Source: Gnetum montanum (taxonomy: Eukaryota; Plantae; Gnetophyta). Taken from it: 64,000 nt of DNA. The translations under genes and the position numbers were made by a program. The notes under the pieces were generated by a model, which saw only the letters and a list, made by a program, of their open reading frames with translations, did no database searches and had not been told where the DNA came from. Location of the stretch: positions 1-64,000 of the forward strand of contig MNCI01002686.1 in the NCBI GenBank assembly GCA_015680685.1, in the 5' to 3' direction. Positions 12,301 through 24,647 of this stretch are shown here, in pieces (position 1 is the first letter of the stretch; each line of letters starts with the position of its first letter).

Positions 12301-14308
12301 ATTTGTTAGGAATGATTTGATTTCATCTCTAGGAGCATTGACATCATTATTCATTACGTTTTGAAGTTGATTCCTGGCACAAGAAAAGGCTCAAGGACTT
12401 GAAGAAAGTTATGTCTAAGCTTTGAAAAGGTGCATTGACTAAAAAATTCAATGTTTTAGAATAATTAACAAAAACCCATGGCAAATAGTGCACGTCTTAT
12501 TTGCAAAACGAAGCGGGCTCTACATAACCAGCATAAATTATGTGTTCTTTGTGACATTACTTTACTTTTCTCTTTGTCTAATATATCATAGCTTGAATTA
12601 TTGCGCTTACTTTGCCTTTGAGCTCATGCTTCAAAGCATTGGAACTATAGTTAAACTAGTTTATTGCTTGTAAAGCTCTTTCTTGGTAATTTATCATTGT
12701 AGTATTAAACTAGAATTATTTTTAATAATTGTAAGTTTTGGAAGGATTTCTCTATTTTATGCTTCCTCACACTAAGTTTACCAATCCACATGCAAAACTT
12801 GGGAACGGAAAAATGAAAGATGAAAGAAATACAAAACAATGCAATAAAATTTTCCTTACTTGTTTGATAGCTTGTCAAGTCTAACATAAATATAACCCTG
12901 AGTAGTAACTCTAAATGCGTACATCTGAAGATTATCCTTATATGGAGAAAGAACTTCCTCCGCAAGCTCTAAAGCCTTTGCCCCCCATGGCACATCATTT
13001 AGATTAATCCCACCACCATCTCTTCCATCTCCTAACTGACACACATGCATGCATACACAATTTAAGCAAATAAATTTTGCCAGGTTTCTGATGAATCAAT
13101 AACGTTATTTCAAAGTGTGTATGTAAGAACGTACCCGAGGTTCATCTTGTTTTTCCTCTTCCTCTTCCCAGTAATCATCATCCTCTTCGCATATCTTTGT
13201 ATCTGGCGTTTCTAAACAAAAATGACCTGGGCAATTAAACAAAGGAACTATACTGCTAATTGCAATTCTGCAACATAATTAGATGGAAGCTGTCCTGGAT
13301 AAGGAAAACTAACATAAGATGTGGCAATTGCCCAAAAAAAAGGAAATAAAATAAAATAACATATTTAGTGTACATTTGTAATAAATTAATCTGTTGCTGT
13401 CTGTTTTCAAAACAACTGAGTTTTAATTTGTATTTACTATTTAGAAAATGATTACTCCCATGATCTGTAATGTTCGAATTATATGTTGATTTAAGACCAG
13501 TGTTTCGCATCATCGGCCATTTTCCTGTGACTGTCCTGTCATAAATATCTTTGTATTCCTCCACAGCTTTACGACAGAGCTCCAAGCTCTTACTTTTCTT
13601 GGATAGCAATGGAAGATTTATAAACATAATAGCTAGGCAGTGTCATACATATGAAAAAACTATAACATGGCATCAAAGTTGCACAATTAGAGTATCAACA
13701 TCTTTATCGCAAAACAGCAAATAGGTCGTCAATCGCAGCCTTTACGGGTTTGATGCGCTTATATCATTGTAGAATTGCAAAATAAATCATTGAAGACGTA
13801 AGGTTTCTTGTTTACTCGAGTTCCAGGTGCAGCGTTCACAGTAAAACCCAAACTAAGACTAATAGCAAGTTCGCAACAAGCGTCAATTGTTTTCAGTAAA
13901 TATAAATTGTACCCCTTAGGACGGACATAACAACGAATGACAGAAATTAAATAGACGAAATGCAGCACCTCCTTTGACATCATCATCGTCATGATTAACA
14001 TCACCATAGAGGGAGACATTGAGATTTGCAAGCTTCTCGTCGATGCTTATGGTTTTTTGGGTGCTGAAATTTCTCGACTGATGGCAACTGCAACTGTAAC
14101 TGTTACAGTAAAAAGGTTCTTTAACGAAGAGATTCAAGAAAATAGGTGCAGCAACGCCAATGCCACCGTCGAAGTTCGAGTAAAGACTGGAAGCAAACAC
14201 ACTTGTATTTGCAGTCGTAAGAAGGGGTGTTTTGCTTTTGCTGCTACGACAGTGCAACCGAAAAGCGCCAAATTTGAAGCAACGCAACAACAAACCACGC
14301 GCTAACAT
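6001..14308 (-). CDS. RimP: RimP-like ribosome maturation factor (UPF0090/DUF150 family), probably organelle-targeted. 5 exons: join(complement 14308-13969, 13211-13135, 13035-12860, 7220-7112, 6303-6001), 334 aa
   Basis: All four introns are GT-AG with consistent phases (1,0,2,0), giving an open 1005-nt CDS. Motifs: GDGRDGGGI..VPWG, YVRLDKLSNKYGCPT, LAIEVSSPGAERVLRVPDDLERFK, WKVANV, GKSLNRR. Arg/Ser-rich transit-peptide-like N-terminus. Confidence 0.9.
7112..7220 (-). CDS. RimP: RimP-like gene exon 4 (YGCPTLNEMESF...LAIE)
   Basis: GACAG acceptor, GAG|GTATAT donor. Confidence 0.92.
8976..11420 (+). mobile_element. Decayed Ty1/copia retrotransposon in intron 3, antisense to the gene
   Basis: Possible 5' LTR 8976-9349 (TGTT..CA, TATAAATA near 9071) followed directly by TGGTATC. 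Gag UBN2-like LKNEFKG / VDELMAPLRALE; zinc-knuckle remnant KPGHAEDKC (~10030); protease SGCSNH (~10240); integrase C-terminal FVGY..GCKCFDP..VSRDV (~11080-11160). No RT seen. Confidence 0.75.
11852..12470 (+). mobile_element. Possible degraded solo LTR in intron 3
   Basis: Starts TGTAACCC, has a TATA-like CTATAATA at ~12124 followed by a CT-rich R-like stretch. No convincing TSD. Confidence 0.3.
12860..13035 (-). CDS. RimP: RimP-like gene exon 3 (LGDGRDGGG...YVRLDKLSN)
   Basis: GTCAG acceptor, AA|GTAAGG donor; overlaps ORF 12856..13050. Confidence 0.92.
13135..13211 (-). CDS. RimP: RimP-like gene exon 2 (acidic, ETPDTKICEEDDDYWEEEEEKQDEPR)
   Basis: TTTGTTTAG acceptor, CGG|GTACGT donor, in frame. 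Confidence 0.85.
13969..14308 (-). CDS. RimP: RimP-like gene exon 1 (transit-peptide-like N-terminus)
   Basis: ATG at 14308 (GCCATG context); donor GAG|GTGCTG at 13968. Confidence 0.8.
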
Positions 14309-15515
14309 GGCTGCCCCTGTCGTCAGCGGCTAACTTCTGAAAAACGCTCCAACCTACCCACACAGCGTATAACAGCATAAAGTATATTGACGTTTTGAAA
14401 ACCACGTACATGCCATTTTTAACTTTTATCCTTTTGAAGATACTCCATATGCAGTAGTAGAATGTATGCTTGGAACATGTTACAACGCTAGAGGGCTTTG
14501 AAGTGAGTACTTCTCAACTTCAAAGCATGTGAGTTAATTCATTGAGGTATAACTTGTACTACCACCAACATGGGATTAACTAGTAGGCTCTTTCCTAATG
14601 CATACGTTTAGGTTTAACATTATATTAAAAGTGACAAATAGAGTGCATCAACATATCTCATAATAACAAAAAAGTTTCAAAAATAATAAAGAAAAGAAAA
14701 AGTCTAATGATTTGGGATGCCTTTGTGGGTTTTCATGCTTCCAATCATTTCTAAAAAAAACCTTCTCTACAGAGTATGAAAAGGATTAGGCTTTGGCCTC
14801 ATTCAAAAGTGTCCTTGCAAGTTTTCACTACTTTCTAAAAGCTTCCTTGTTAATAGCCAAAAAGAGCAAAATAAAGGTATAGGAGAAACAATAGAGAGTA
14901 GCACCAAGGTTTAAGCATAAGCTAAGCAAAGTTTCTAGCAACATTGCTTGTCCAAGGTTCCATTAACTGAAGAAGATTATTCACCTTCTTTAAATAGCTA
15001 CTAACTTGAGATTTGACTTGAAAAATAACAAGTTGAATAATGTTGATTTTTTAGAGCATAGTGAACTCATCATGGATAGCTGCATGATTGTGAAAAATAT
15101 CACATCTATTTTTCCAAATAGTATGCAAAATGCAAGAATGTAATCACTTATAGGTAAAAAGAAACTCCTTAGAAAGGGGAGGAGCACCTATTTAGGTCAC
15201 TAATGCTCCATTATTGCTAACAATACGATAACTAGCTTTAGTAGATTAAACCAATTTGATAAAGTATGAATGGACTGAATGAGTTTATATTCATTGGGTT
15301 TTGTTCCATTTAATTTTTGGGTTTCTGGTTGCATTCATTTTTTTTAATTTTTTCTTTTTTTAAGCTCAGAATGCAAATTATATTAACGAGAATTATACAA
15401 CAAAAATGGCATAAACATATTTATGGGACCCAACAAATCCATTTTAGTAGGTTGTGGGTTTAGAGCAAAATAAGGGCATGGCCTAGTGGGCCCAACAACA
15501 AAATTGGTCTCCATC

Positions 15516-16255
15516 TAATGAGACACGATATCACAGCCGTCGTGATATCGCATCCCATGCAATATCGCGTACGCGATATTGCGTTGTCCCCTGCGATATC
15601 ACGTACGCGATATCGCAGTGTGCCGTCATATCTATAAATAAGAGGCAGCTCTCCTTTGTTTCCTCATCCTAGGCTAGAAGTAGGGAAACTCTGGCAGATT
15701 GATCACTCCAGAGATAGAATATTTTCCATGTGCCCGCAATAGGAGTCCTAAAGTGAACGGATCTTTATTCGAGCAACATTATACCTGAACACAAGNNNNN
15801 NNNNNNNNNNNNNNNNNNNNNNNNNNNNNNNNNNNNNNNNNNNNNNNNNNNNNNNNNNNNNNNNNNNNNNNNNNNNNNNNNTGGTGATCCCAGCAACAAT
15901 TAGTGTTTGGTAGCCACGGTTGCATCGGTTCAGGGTGTGCACGGTAAGTGGGAACGGATGCTGACACTAGGTAATTTAGACTTAGTTCATTAGTTAGAGT
16001 TAGTAATTAGTTTCTCAACCCTTCACATTGTTAGCATAGGAGACACAAAAACATAAAAAGCTATAAAAATCATATACTTCGAACTTACTTAACCATACAC
16101 CGTGACAACTACAAGTAAGTCTGGGAAGACAACAAATGATTAACCCTAAGTGTTCCATGGGGCGTGTAGGCACTTAGTCTGCGGAGTTCGACTGGATCGC
16201 ACGTGCTACGCTCGTATTCATATGGTTGAGTGTAGGGGTATCTTGCCACTCATCA
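15516..16255 (+). mobile_element. Solo LTR of the Athila-like family, about 1.2 kb upstream of the RimP-like start codon
   Basis: TAATG (from TGATG)...CATCA flanked by perfect TSD CCATC (15511-15515, 16256-16260). Homologous to the LTRs at 17473 and 23502. Contains an N gap at 15796-15881. Confidence 0.9.
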
Positions 16256-17472
16256 CCATCTATCAAAACTTACAAAAAAGAAAAACACCACCACAAATGA
16301 GGTGAAAGGTAGGCAACATATAAAACTCAAGGCCATAGGAATAAGCAAAGACAACATGTGATCATAATAGATAGGGGAGTGAGGGGTTGGCACAATGAGG
16401 TGGGGGATGCCTAGAAGTAACAATGTTGTGGCCCAGCGATAATGATGCCCATTTGAACACTTGCAGGTTGAGCATCTCACCATTCCCAAATGAAGTCAAT
16501 TGCATATTACAATACCTTTGATAGTGCAAGGGATAATTTGGGCACATAAAGATCATGTCTAGTCTCCATGGAAAGTGAGGCTACTTATCATGTTTGTCAA
16601 GGTTGGCAAGTGTTAAAGTTTGGTTTTATGTCACACGAAATCTTGTGGTAGGGATATGACTAAATGATTAAGCAAGCATAATAAATTGTAAACATTTAGA
16701 GAATGGATGGATATGTTTGATAAGTGTAATATGCTTAATACAAATTGATTACAACTTATCATTTATGGTTGTTAATCTTACATATAATGCCTTAGTCATC
16801 CTTAGCCAGTTGATAATTGCTCATACTTAACATACAAGCTCATTATTTTCATTCATAACTTCATGGTACTCCAATAGAGCTGCATGGGAAATCTTCTCTT
16901 CCCATTAAGGAAACTAGATCAGGTTTACAGCTAGCATAATTGTTGCTAGTGGACCTTTTCTTTCTATTGAGGAAACTAGATTCTAATTCTTCTTCCAAGT
17001 TAACTTTGGAACCTTTACTTCTCTAGTAAAGGATGCTCATAGTATTTTCTTTAACCTTTGGGTCTAGGGTAATCTTACTAAGTTACTACCTTGTTTAAGG
17101 ATAATTGCATAGACTATGGATGTTTGCACCTATCACTTCTCTTTTATCATGCTTTTGTCCTTTTCTTCCATCTTACTTAGTTTCTCACATTCTCCCTTTT
17201 ATATCTTCGTTCTTCTTTATGAATTTATTTCATGGGATAGTCACAATGTGTGATGACTTACAAATTGTGATTTTTCATGATTAATAATTACAAGACTAAT
17301 GATTGTAGAAGATTAATTATTAGAAGCTTAACACTTCCCTTCAAGGATTAGTTTTGTAACTTCATTTAGCATTTAATCACAAAATTGATGAGTATATTAT
17401 ATTACAAGCACATAATTAAATTCATGATGGCCAATCATAAAGAATCATACACACTTGAGGAAACTACCTTAC

Positions 17473-18251
17473 TGATGAGTGGCAAGGTACCCCTACACTC
17501 AACCATATGAATATGAGCATTACACGTGCAATCCAGTCGAACTCCGCAGACTAAGTGCCTACATGCCTTATGGAACACTTAAGGTTAATTGTTTATTGTC
17601 TTCCTAGACTTACTTGTATTTGTCACGGTTGTATGGTTAAGTAAGTCTGAGGTATGTGATTTTTATATCTTTTATGTTCTATCGCCTATGCTAATGAGGG
17701 AAAGGGTGAAGAGACTAAGTAACTAACTTTAATTAACTAAGTTCTAATGCCTAGCATCAATATCCGTTCCCACTTGCCGTTCACACCCTGAACCAATGCA
17801 ACCTTCTAGGATTACCAAATGCTATTCGTTACTGGGATTACCAAACGCTATTCGTTACTAGGATTACTAACCGTAACGCACATGCTCGAAGCAGTCGTAC
17901 TGAATGCACTTAACTAGGAGTGTTGAGGGTTGAGAGAGATTAATTAACTAATAAATAATTTAAACAATTAAGAATAATTAAAGTCCTAATTAGCTTAGTC
18001 CATGCACTGCAAGGTTTATCCAAAAAGTTCGTCTTTATTTCCGTACACAAACTTGTGCTCAAGTACAATATTTGCTTGAACAAAGATCTGTTCACTTTGG
18101 GACTTCTACTGCAGGTACATGGAAATTACTCTACCTCTAGAATGGAAAAACTGCAAGAGTTTGGCTAAGGTCTAGATCTAGATGGAGAAACAAGGGAGAG
18201 CCACCTCTTATTTATAGAATTGGTGGTGCACTGCGATATCGCGTACCATCA
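17473..18251 (-). repeat. 3' LTR
   Basis: TGATG...CATCA, preceded by the PPT; highly similar to the 5' LTR with small indels. Confidence 0.92.
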
Positions 18252-20149
18252 TACCCCCATGACTGAATAAAAACTGGTCCTCGAGTTCCTTACAAAATAT
18301 TGGGAAGGTATGGGATTATTGACTTGAATGGAACCAATGGTGAATGGGACGACATGTGAACGGATCATCATTACAAAACATGACAAAACTGGTGTTCATG
18401 ACAACAAGAGTGAACACTTGATAGATTTGACATTCGACCTTATTTGGCAGCTGAGAAAGAAAGAGAGAGAGAGAGAAAAAAAAGAAGTTTGCTGCTTCCA
18501 TTACCAAGATTGCGCCTTTCGTTGTCCATCCATAAGTGTGCCATCAATCTTGTTCCTTGCAAAACTACTTTAGCACCGATCCATTCCAAGTGTTTTCTCC
18601 AGGTTCGATCCATTGTTGTATGATTGTCATCTACACACACAACACAGTCTTATATTAGCAAGGGTAGATGAATCACAATGTAGTTGATACCTTGCTTCGA
18701 TGAAAGGTCCATTGGCTGAGTTGTGGTATGGCTGATTACGGATTCTGGAGATATAATAATGGTGACTACTGAAGGTGTAGGGGTTAGGAGAAAATCAAAA
18801 AAATTGGGTCCGAATTCCCATGACTAAGAGCAAACCTCCGGTAGCGATAGAATGGAGAAAGAAAAGGAATAAGAAAGATGAAGAAAAAGAGATAATTGTA
18901 ACGTCGATGAAAGGGATGTCAAATGGAAATGAACAAAATAGAGTTGATTGCAAAAAATGTTAAGGGAAAGAATTTAACTAGTGCACCAAATAGGAATGCC
19001 AGTGGGTCCTCCCCAAAGCAGGCTCATGCCCTTAATGCCNCTCTACTAATCATTGAAGGCCCTTAGTTCTTTCTAAGTTTTTGTTTTACACATTTTTGTT
19101 TTGCACATTTCTTTAGTCTTTCTTTTTTTTTGTTCTACATCATCATTCATATTTTTACCATTTCTTCGTGTGATTTTATTTTTTTCATCACCCAATAAGT
19201 GTTCATGATGGTGGTATAAATAATATCATATCTAGTAACTTTTCATTACTACATTCGGCCGACCCATCCACTTGAAGTAACAAGAATGCATTCCCCAAAG
19301 AGCCACCACCATTCCGACGAAGCGAAGGAGGAGAGAATAGGAAGCAAGAAGGGCCTTAGTTAGAGGGAACATGTTTATTTTAGTTCCATAACCAGTGCTT
19401 ATAGCCCAAATGATTATTTCATCTAAGGGGTGTGCTTTGAATCCTCACTATTTTTTTTTTGTGTTTATACGTGAGAACCACACCATGCAAAGACTTTGTT
19501 ATTTTTATTAGCTTAGCTTTCCGATGATGGAGCAATGTCAAAATGGTAAGAAAACTCAAAAAGAAAACATCCAAGCACCCAAGAGAATGGCCAACACAAA
19601 TGCATCAAGTCCCCTTGAAGTCACACCCTGTTCAATCCTTGAGTCCTTCCTTAGTTTGAGAAATGCCCAATCACCGATTTGTTGATAGTTCTTATTTAGA
19701 AAGGGACTGTACATTTCCTAGCTAAGAGAGATCATAGAAATTTATGGATGTATGGATGAAGTGAACTCNTAGCTGAGAGAGATCATAGAAATTTATGGAT
19801 GTATGGATGAAGTGAACTCATTGCCTACTATATCAAAAGAACCATACCTTAGTATCAATATTTTAACTTAAAGGTAAAAACCAAACATTAGCAACCGATA
19901 GAATACAGTTCATACCATCATTAAGAGCACTTATTAGGTGAAAAACTTAAAAAAATGGATAAGACACACACAAAAATAAAAGAAAAAGTATAAATGATGT
20001 TGTGAAACAAAAACAAGAAAAGTTGAAGAATTTTTTAAAACAAAAATGTGCAAAACAAAAACATGTAAAACAAATACTTAAAAGAACTAAGGGCCCCGAA
20101 TGATCAGAATAGGTGGCCATTTCCCCCATGACTGAATTGAAAGGGAGAG

Positions 20150-23100
20150 ATCCAAAATAATGAGCATTTGTTTGAATTTCTTAAAAGTGTCCAACTTCTC
20201 CCAATTTATTTTTTCAAGTTAAGGGTTGGAAGTTGGTGATGCTCATATTCCAATGTATCTATGCTTTTGTTGTGGGTGCAAGTTGTTCCCCCAGTTCGTT
20301 TCATGCATGTTGGTGGGCTACTCTCTTGATTAGCTATCAACCACTAGGTGTTCTCTTGTTGTGTGGTTGCTACATATAGGAACCTTTGTATTTGAGTTTC
20401 TTGGGCACATTGGTTGCATACAAGAGATGTTGAGCATTCCTGTATGTCATCACCCTCTAAGTCACTGTATGTGATGCATGGAACTTTCTTCTTCTCAATC
20501 CTTCCATAAATGTTTTCCTTAAATATTTCCAAGGAAAGATCGTGGATTCCTAGGCATGCATTGATGATGCTGAGCCATGCCCTTCCCATTATTATCTAGA
20601 AGTCCCCTTTGTCATTATTTATTTGGATCACCAGGAAATTAGCTGGGTATGACCAACCATACACGGTGGTAACAATGTCCTCAACCTATCCCAAAGGAAC
20701 AGTGATGGACTGGTCAGCCAGCTCTAGTTGAATATTGCTTTTCTTGAGTGGAGGTAGGTTCCAGGCTTTATACATTTCTCGTGAGATTAAGATGACTCCA
20801 GAACCTGAGTCAAGAAGAGCCTTATGAGGTTCATTCCCAGTGACTTGGAGATAAATTAGGGGGCATCTAGGATCAGAGAATTTCTTGGGAAGGTGGCCCA
20901 CCTTGATCTAGTCAGTAATGGTATGTGTTAACATAACCATGTGCGTTGAGCTCTATTGTTGGTTTGAAGGGAGCTCTGCAGCCTTATTTGTTGGAGGAGT
21001 GTACACAGACTCAACCGCTTGTGGTTGTGAGAGCTTGTTTGGGCTTTTGGATTTGAAGAAAGGTCTTCTCTCATACGGTTGTCAGAACCAACAGTAGGTT
21101 GAAGGTTTATAGCTCTCGTAGCATTACGTTGTTGCGGTTGAGTGGCGAGTTCCCCTTGCATCATTGGAGCAGATGGTAGTGGACCTAACGGTATGAGAGT
21201 GGTGGATGGATTCAGAGGATGGCATGCATATGGTGTGTCTCCCATAGGAGAGGGAGTCCTAAAATACTCCTGAACTTGGTAGTGACGTTGTGGGGTTGCG
21301 TGACACATAGAGTCACTTGGAGAAACCAGCTACTGCATGTAATAGCCATATGGATCTAGTTGCCAGTAAGGGTATTGTTGCCTAGGCAGTGGCATCCCCC
21401 ATGACTATGGGTATTGCCACTATTGGTGTTGCCCAATAGGTTGTGGTGGAGTTCCACTTGGATAATATGTTAATGGTTGGTGGAATTGCCTTGGGTTACC
21501 TTGGGAATAAGATAACCTTCGGGGTGCCTGTCATCTGTTAAGTCTTCGATTGAGTGGATACACCCAAGACTCTTGTAAATGTGAGATTATTGGGCAACAT
21601 CCCTTAGGATGGTCATATTGGCAGATCTCACATCCACCATCATTGTTTGCATCCAAATCCACAACCTCATCGGTGATAGTCATTTTTTCCTTACCCTTGT
21701 TACGTGCATGGTCTGAATCTCTCCACTTTTTCTTATTATGGTTACTACTTCGCTCCTCCTTAGACTCTTCTATAATTTTCAGGACAGTTTCAATTTTACT
21801 ATCTAAGGAGCTCCATATTTTATCTACCTTAGCTGACACTTCTATTGTTAATTTTTGAAGTGGCAAGGTTTTTCTATTCACCAACTCTTCAAGTGGTGAC
21901 TCATCCTCTTCTTCATAGAATCTTACTCCCTTCTTTCGGAGGGAAGGATTACGGTTATACTCTTTCGCGCTTTCTCTTTTCTGTAGCTCCCCTTCTTCCT
22001 TAGCTACTTGCTCCAAAAATCTATGAACTTCATGGGACCTAAGTTCAGATAATCTCCCTTGGGCATATGTCCCATCTACGAGGTGGCAAAGTTGATCCTA
22101 TTGTGCGTAACCATGGCCTGGACAACGATGTAGCAATGCATAATATCGGCCCATGGCAGCATCCAAGGGTTCGTGATTATCCTACTTCCATCCTTGGATC
22201 TACTTACATAAGTTGAACACTCTGGAGTACATTTGGTATTTATTGTTAAACAATTCTAGCATTGTACTCCACCTCCTAATGGTTTCTGGCTCTAAAGACC
22301 GGTACCAACTTTTCGCTTCTTTTATGAGTGTCCTAGGGAACGAATTTAACTTCTGCCACTTATTTTCAATATTCTGCAAGGCACAGACATTGTGGAATGC
22401 TTGTAAGTGGTTTTGCGGATCAACATTGTATCCCCCCTTAAACTATGGGATATTATTCATGTCTAGTCTCTTGATCCGGCTATCTTTTTGGTGCCTTTTA
22501 GGTATTCTAACGGCCTCCATAATATCTAACATACTTTGGGTGGCAAGTAGGGGTTCATCATGATCATCTCTCTCATGATATCTATGATGCCTACATGGTT
22601 CCCTACTTTCCCTTCTTTCATGCCTTGACTTCCTAAAATGCCCTCGTCCTCGCTCTTGACTCTCTCATCGAGGGTTCTCATTTTGCTTATCCTTACTCTT
22701 ATCCTCATAGTTGTGCTCGTTGTGACTACATCCTGATGTGGAAGGAGAGGGTGAATGATGTGATGNAAGCACAACTGTGAGGATAAGGGTAAGGATAAGC
22801 AAAATGAGAACCCTCNATCAAAACCAGGGTTGTAAATCATAGAATGTAGGTTTTGATACCCTACCTCCTCACCGTCGTGAGGAGGGGGAACATCATTTTG
22901 TGGAAAACCTATTGAAATAGGTTCACCACCCTTGATTTCACTTATGACAGGTGAGCTATTATGGGGTCCCTTTCCCTTCAACGATGTATGGTAGCTCTCC
23001 TGCCTCGAGTCCCTTAAACGTTGCGCCATTGTGGGATGGTAATCCCTTGTGTCATAATCTTCTGCAACGTATTCAGCGTATAGTTGCATCATGCCTATCT

Positions 23101-23358
23101 ATGCAAGAGCATGAAGGAGCATGTTAGGGATTGCCCGATCTGGGGGTAACACTATGTTACCTTGCAAGTCTTGCCAACGTAGTTGTTCATTCTGATGGAG
23201 GATAAAGGTAAAATTGGGTATATACTCATCATGATGAGTATACACTACCTGATACTCTTAAGGAACTGACGATTCTTGGTTACGTGTGTTAGACCACCAA
23301 TTGTCTCTTCTGTGATCCCTAGGTGGTGAAGTGCTTTTATGAGAAGAAGAAAACATTG
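20150..23358 (-). pseudogene. gag-aspartic protease pseudogene
   Basis: Retrotransposon gag core, CEICQYDHPKGCC knuckle (ORF 21531..22016), protease ALLDSGSGV and ELADQS (ORF 20686..20901); in-frame stops. Confidence 0.88.
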
Positions 23359-23501
23359 TTATCTTGTTGGTGTGCTATTGACCATTGTTTAAAATTTCTT
23401 TTGATTAACCCTAAGGGTTCGTTTAAGCTTCCCAACGATGTGGATGATTTCCTATGTTCTACTTAGCGCACAAACAACTTAATCCCTGGCAATGGTGCCA
23501 A

Positions 23502-24301
23502 TGATGAGTGGTGAGGTACCCCTACACTTGACCATACGAATACGAGCATTACACGTGTGATCTGGTCGAACTCCGCAGACTAAGTGCCTAAACGCCTTAT
23601 GGAACACTTACGGTTAATCATTCGTTGTCTTCCCAGACTTACTTGTATTTGTCACGGTTGTATGGTTAAGTAAGTTTGAGGTATGTGATTTTTATATCTT
23701 TTATGTTTTATTGCCTATGCTAATGAGGGAAAGGGTGAAGAGACTAAGTAACTAACTTTAATTAACTAAGTTCTAATGCCTAGCATCAGTATCCATTCCC
23801 ACTTGTCATTCACACCCTGAACCAATGCAACCTTCTGGGATTACCAAACGCTATTCGTTACTGGGATTACCAACCATAACGCATGTGCTCGAAGCGGTCA
23901 TACTGAATGCACTTAACTAGGAGTGTTGAGGGTTGAGAGAGATTAATTAACTAATAAAAATTTAAAAAATTAAGAATAATTAAAGTCCTAATTAGCTTAG
24001 TCCATGCACTACAAGGTTTATCCAAAAAGTTTGTCTTTATTTCCGTACACAAACTTGTGCTCAGGTATAATATTTGCTCGAATAAAGATCCATTCACTTT
24101 GGGACTCCTACCACAAGCACATGGAAATTACTCTAACTCTAGAATGGAAAAACTGCAAGAGTTTGGATAAGGTCTAGATCTAGATGGAGAACCAAGGAAG
24201 AGCCGCCTCTTATTTATAGAATTGGCGGTGTGCTGCAATATTGCGTATGCGATATCGTAGGGAAGGATGTGATATCGTGTATATGATATCGTGTCCCATC
24301 A
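23502..24301 (-). repeat. 5' LTR
   Basis: TGATG...CATCA, followed by the PBS. Confidence 0.92.
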
Positions 24302-24647
24302 CTTACCCTCATAAGTTCATAGATAAAATGACAAAAGAAATAACATAAGTAGTTTGGAAAATTTACCTATTGTCTTTATTATTATCTTGATCAAACAAGA
24401 AAATCATAGCTAAGGAGTTTCAATAATTGAAGTGTCAAAGATTTCATCTAAATTTTTTAGAAGTTTACTAGTTGATGATAATGTTATTGTCCTATTAGGG
24501 TTGTGCCTAGGGTTTTCTTTGGATGTTTTCGTAACCTAAGTAGTTATGATAGTTGTTGTTGTGATAATTGAGGAAGGTTTCAACATGACTACTTTCTTAT
24601 TATGCAAACTTGTACTTTGAATTTTTGACTAGAAAAAATTGAATTAA

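Larger units (their letters stand above)
17473..24301 (-). mobile_element. Complete non-autonomous Athila-like element (gag and protease only, no RT/RH/INT)
   Basis: LTRs 23502-24301 and 17473-18251; perfect TSD CTTAC on both sides; PBS TGGCACCATTGCCAGGGA (23483-23500); PPT ATGGGGGTA just before the 3' LTR. Confidence 0.93.

Noticed and set aside
13991-14305. 104-aa plus-strand ORF
   Set aside because: Antisense shadow of RimP-like exon 1; no independent support.
14620-15300. Possible minus-strand LINE remnant upstream of the gene
   Set aside because: No diagnostic motif could be read; too degraded to support a call.
19720-19820. About 50-bp tandem duplication
   Set aside because: The two copies flank a single N (19769), typical of an unmerged contig overlap.
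22767-22816. 48-bp inverted copy of ~22671-22719 (apparent hairpin)
   Set aside because: Bounded by an N on both sides; most likely a misoriented mini-contig.
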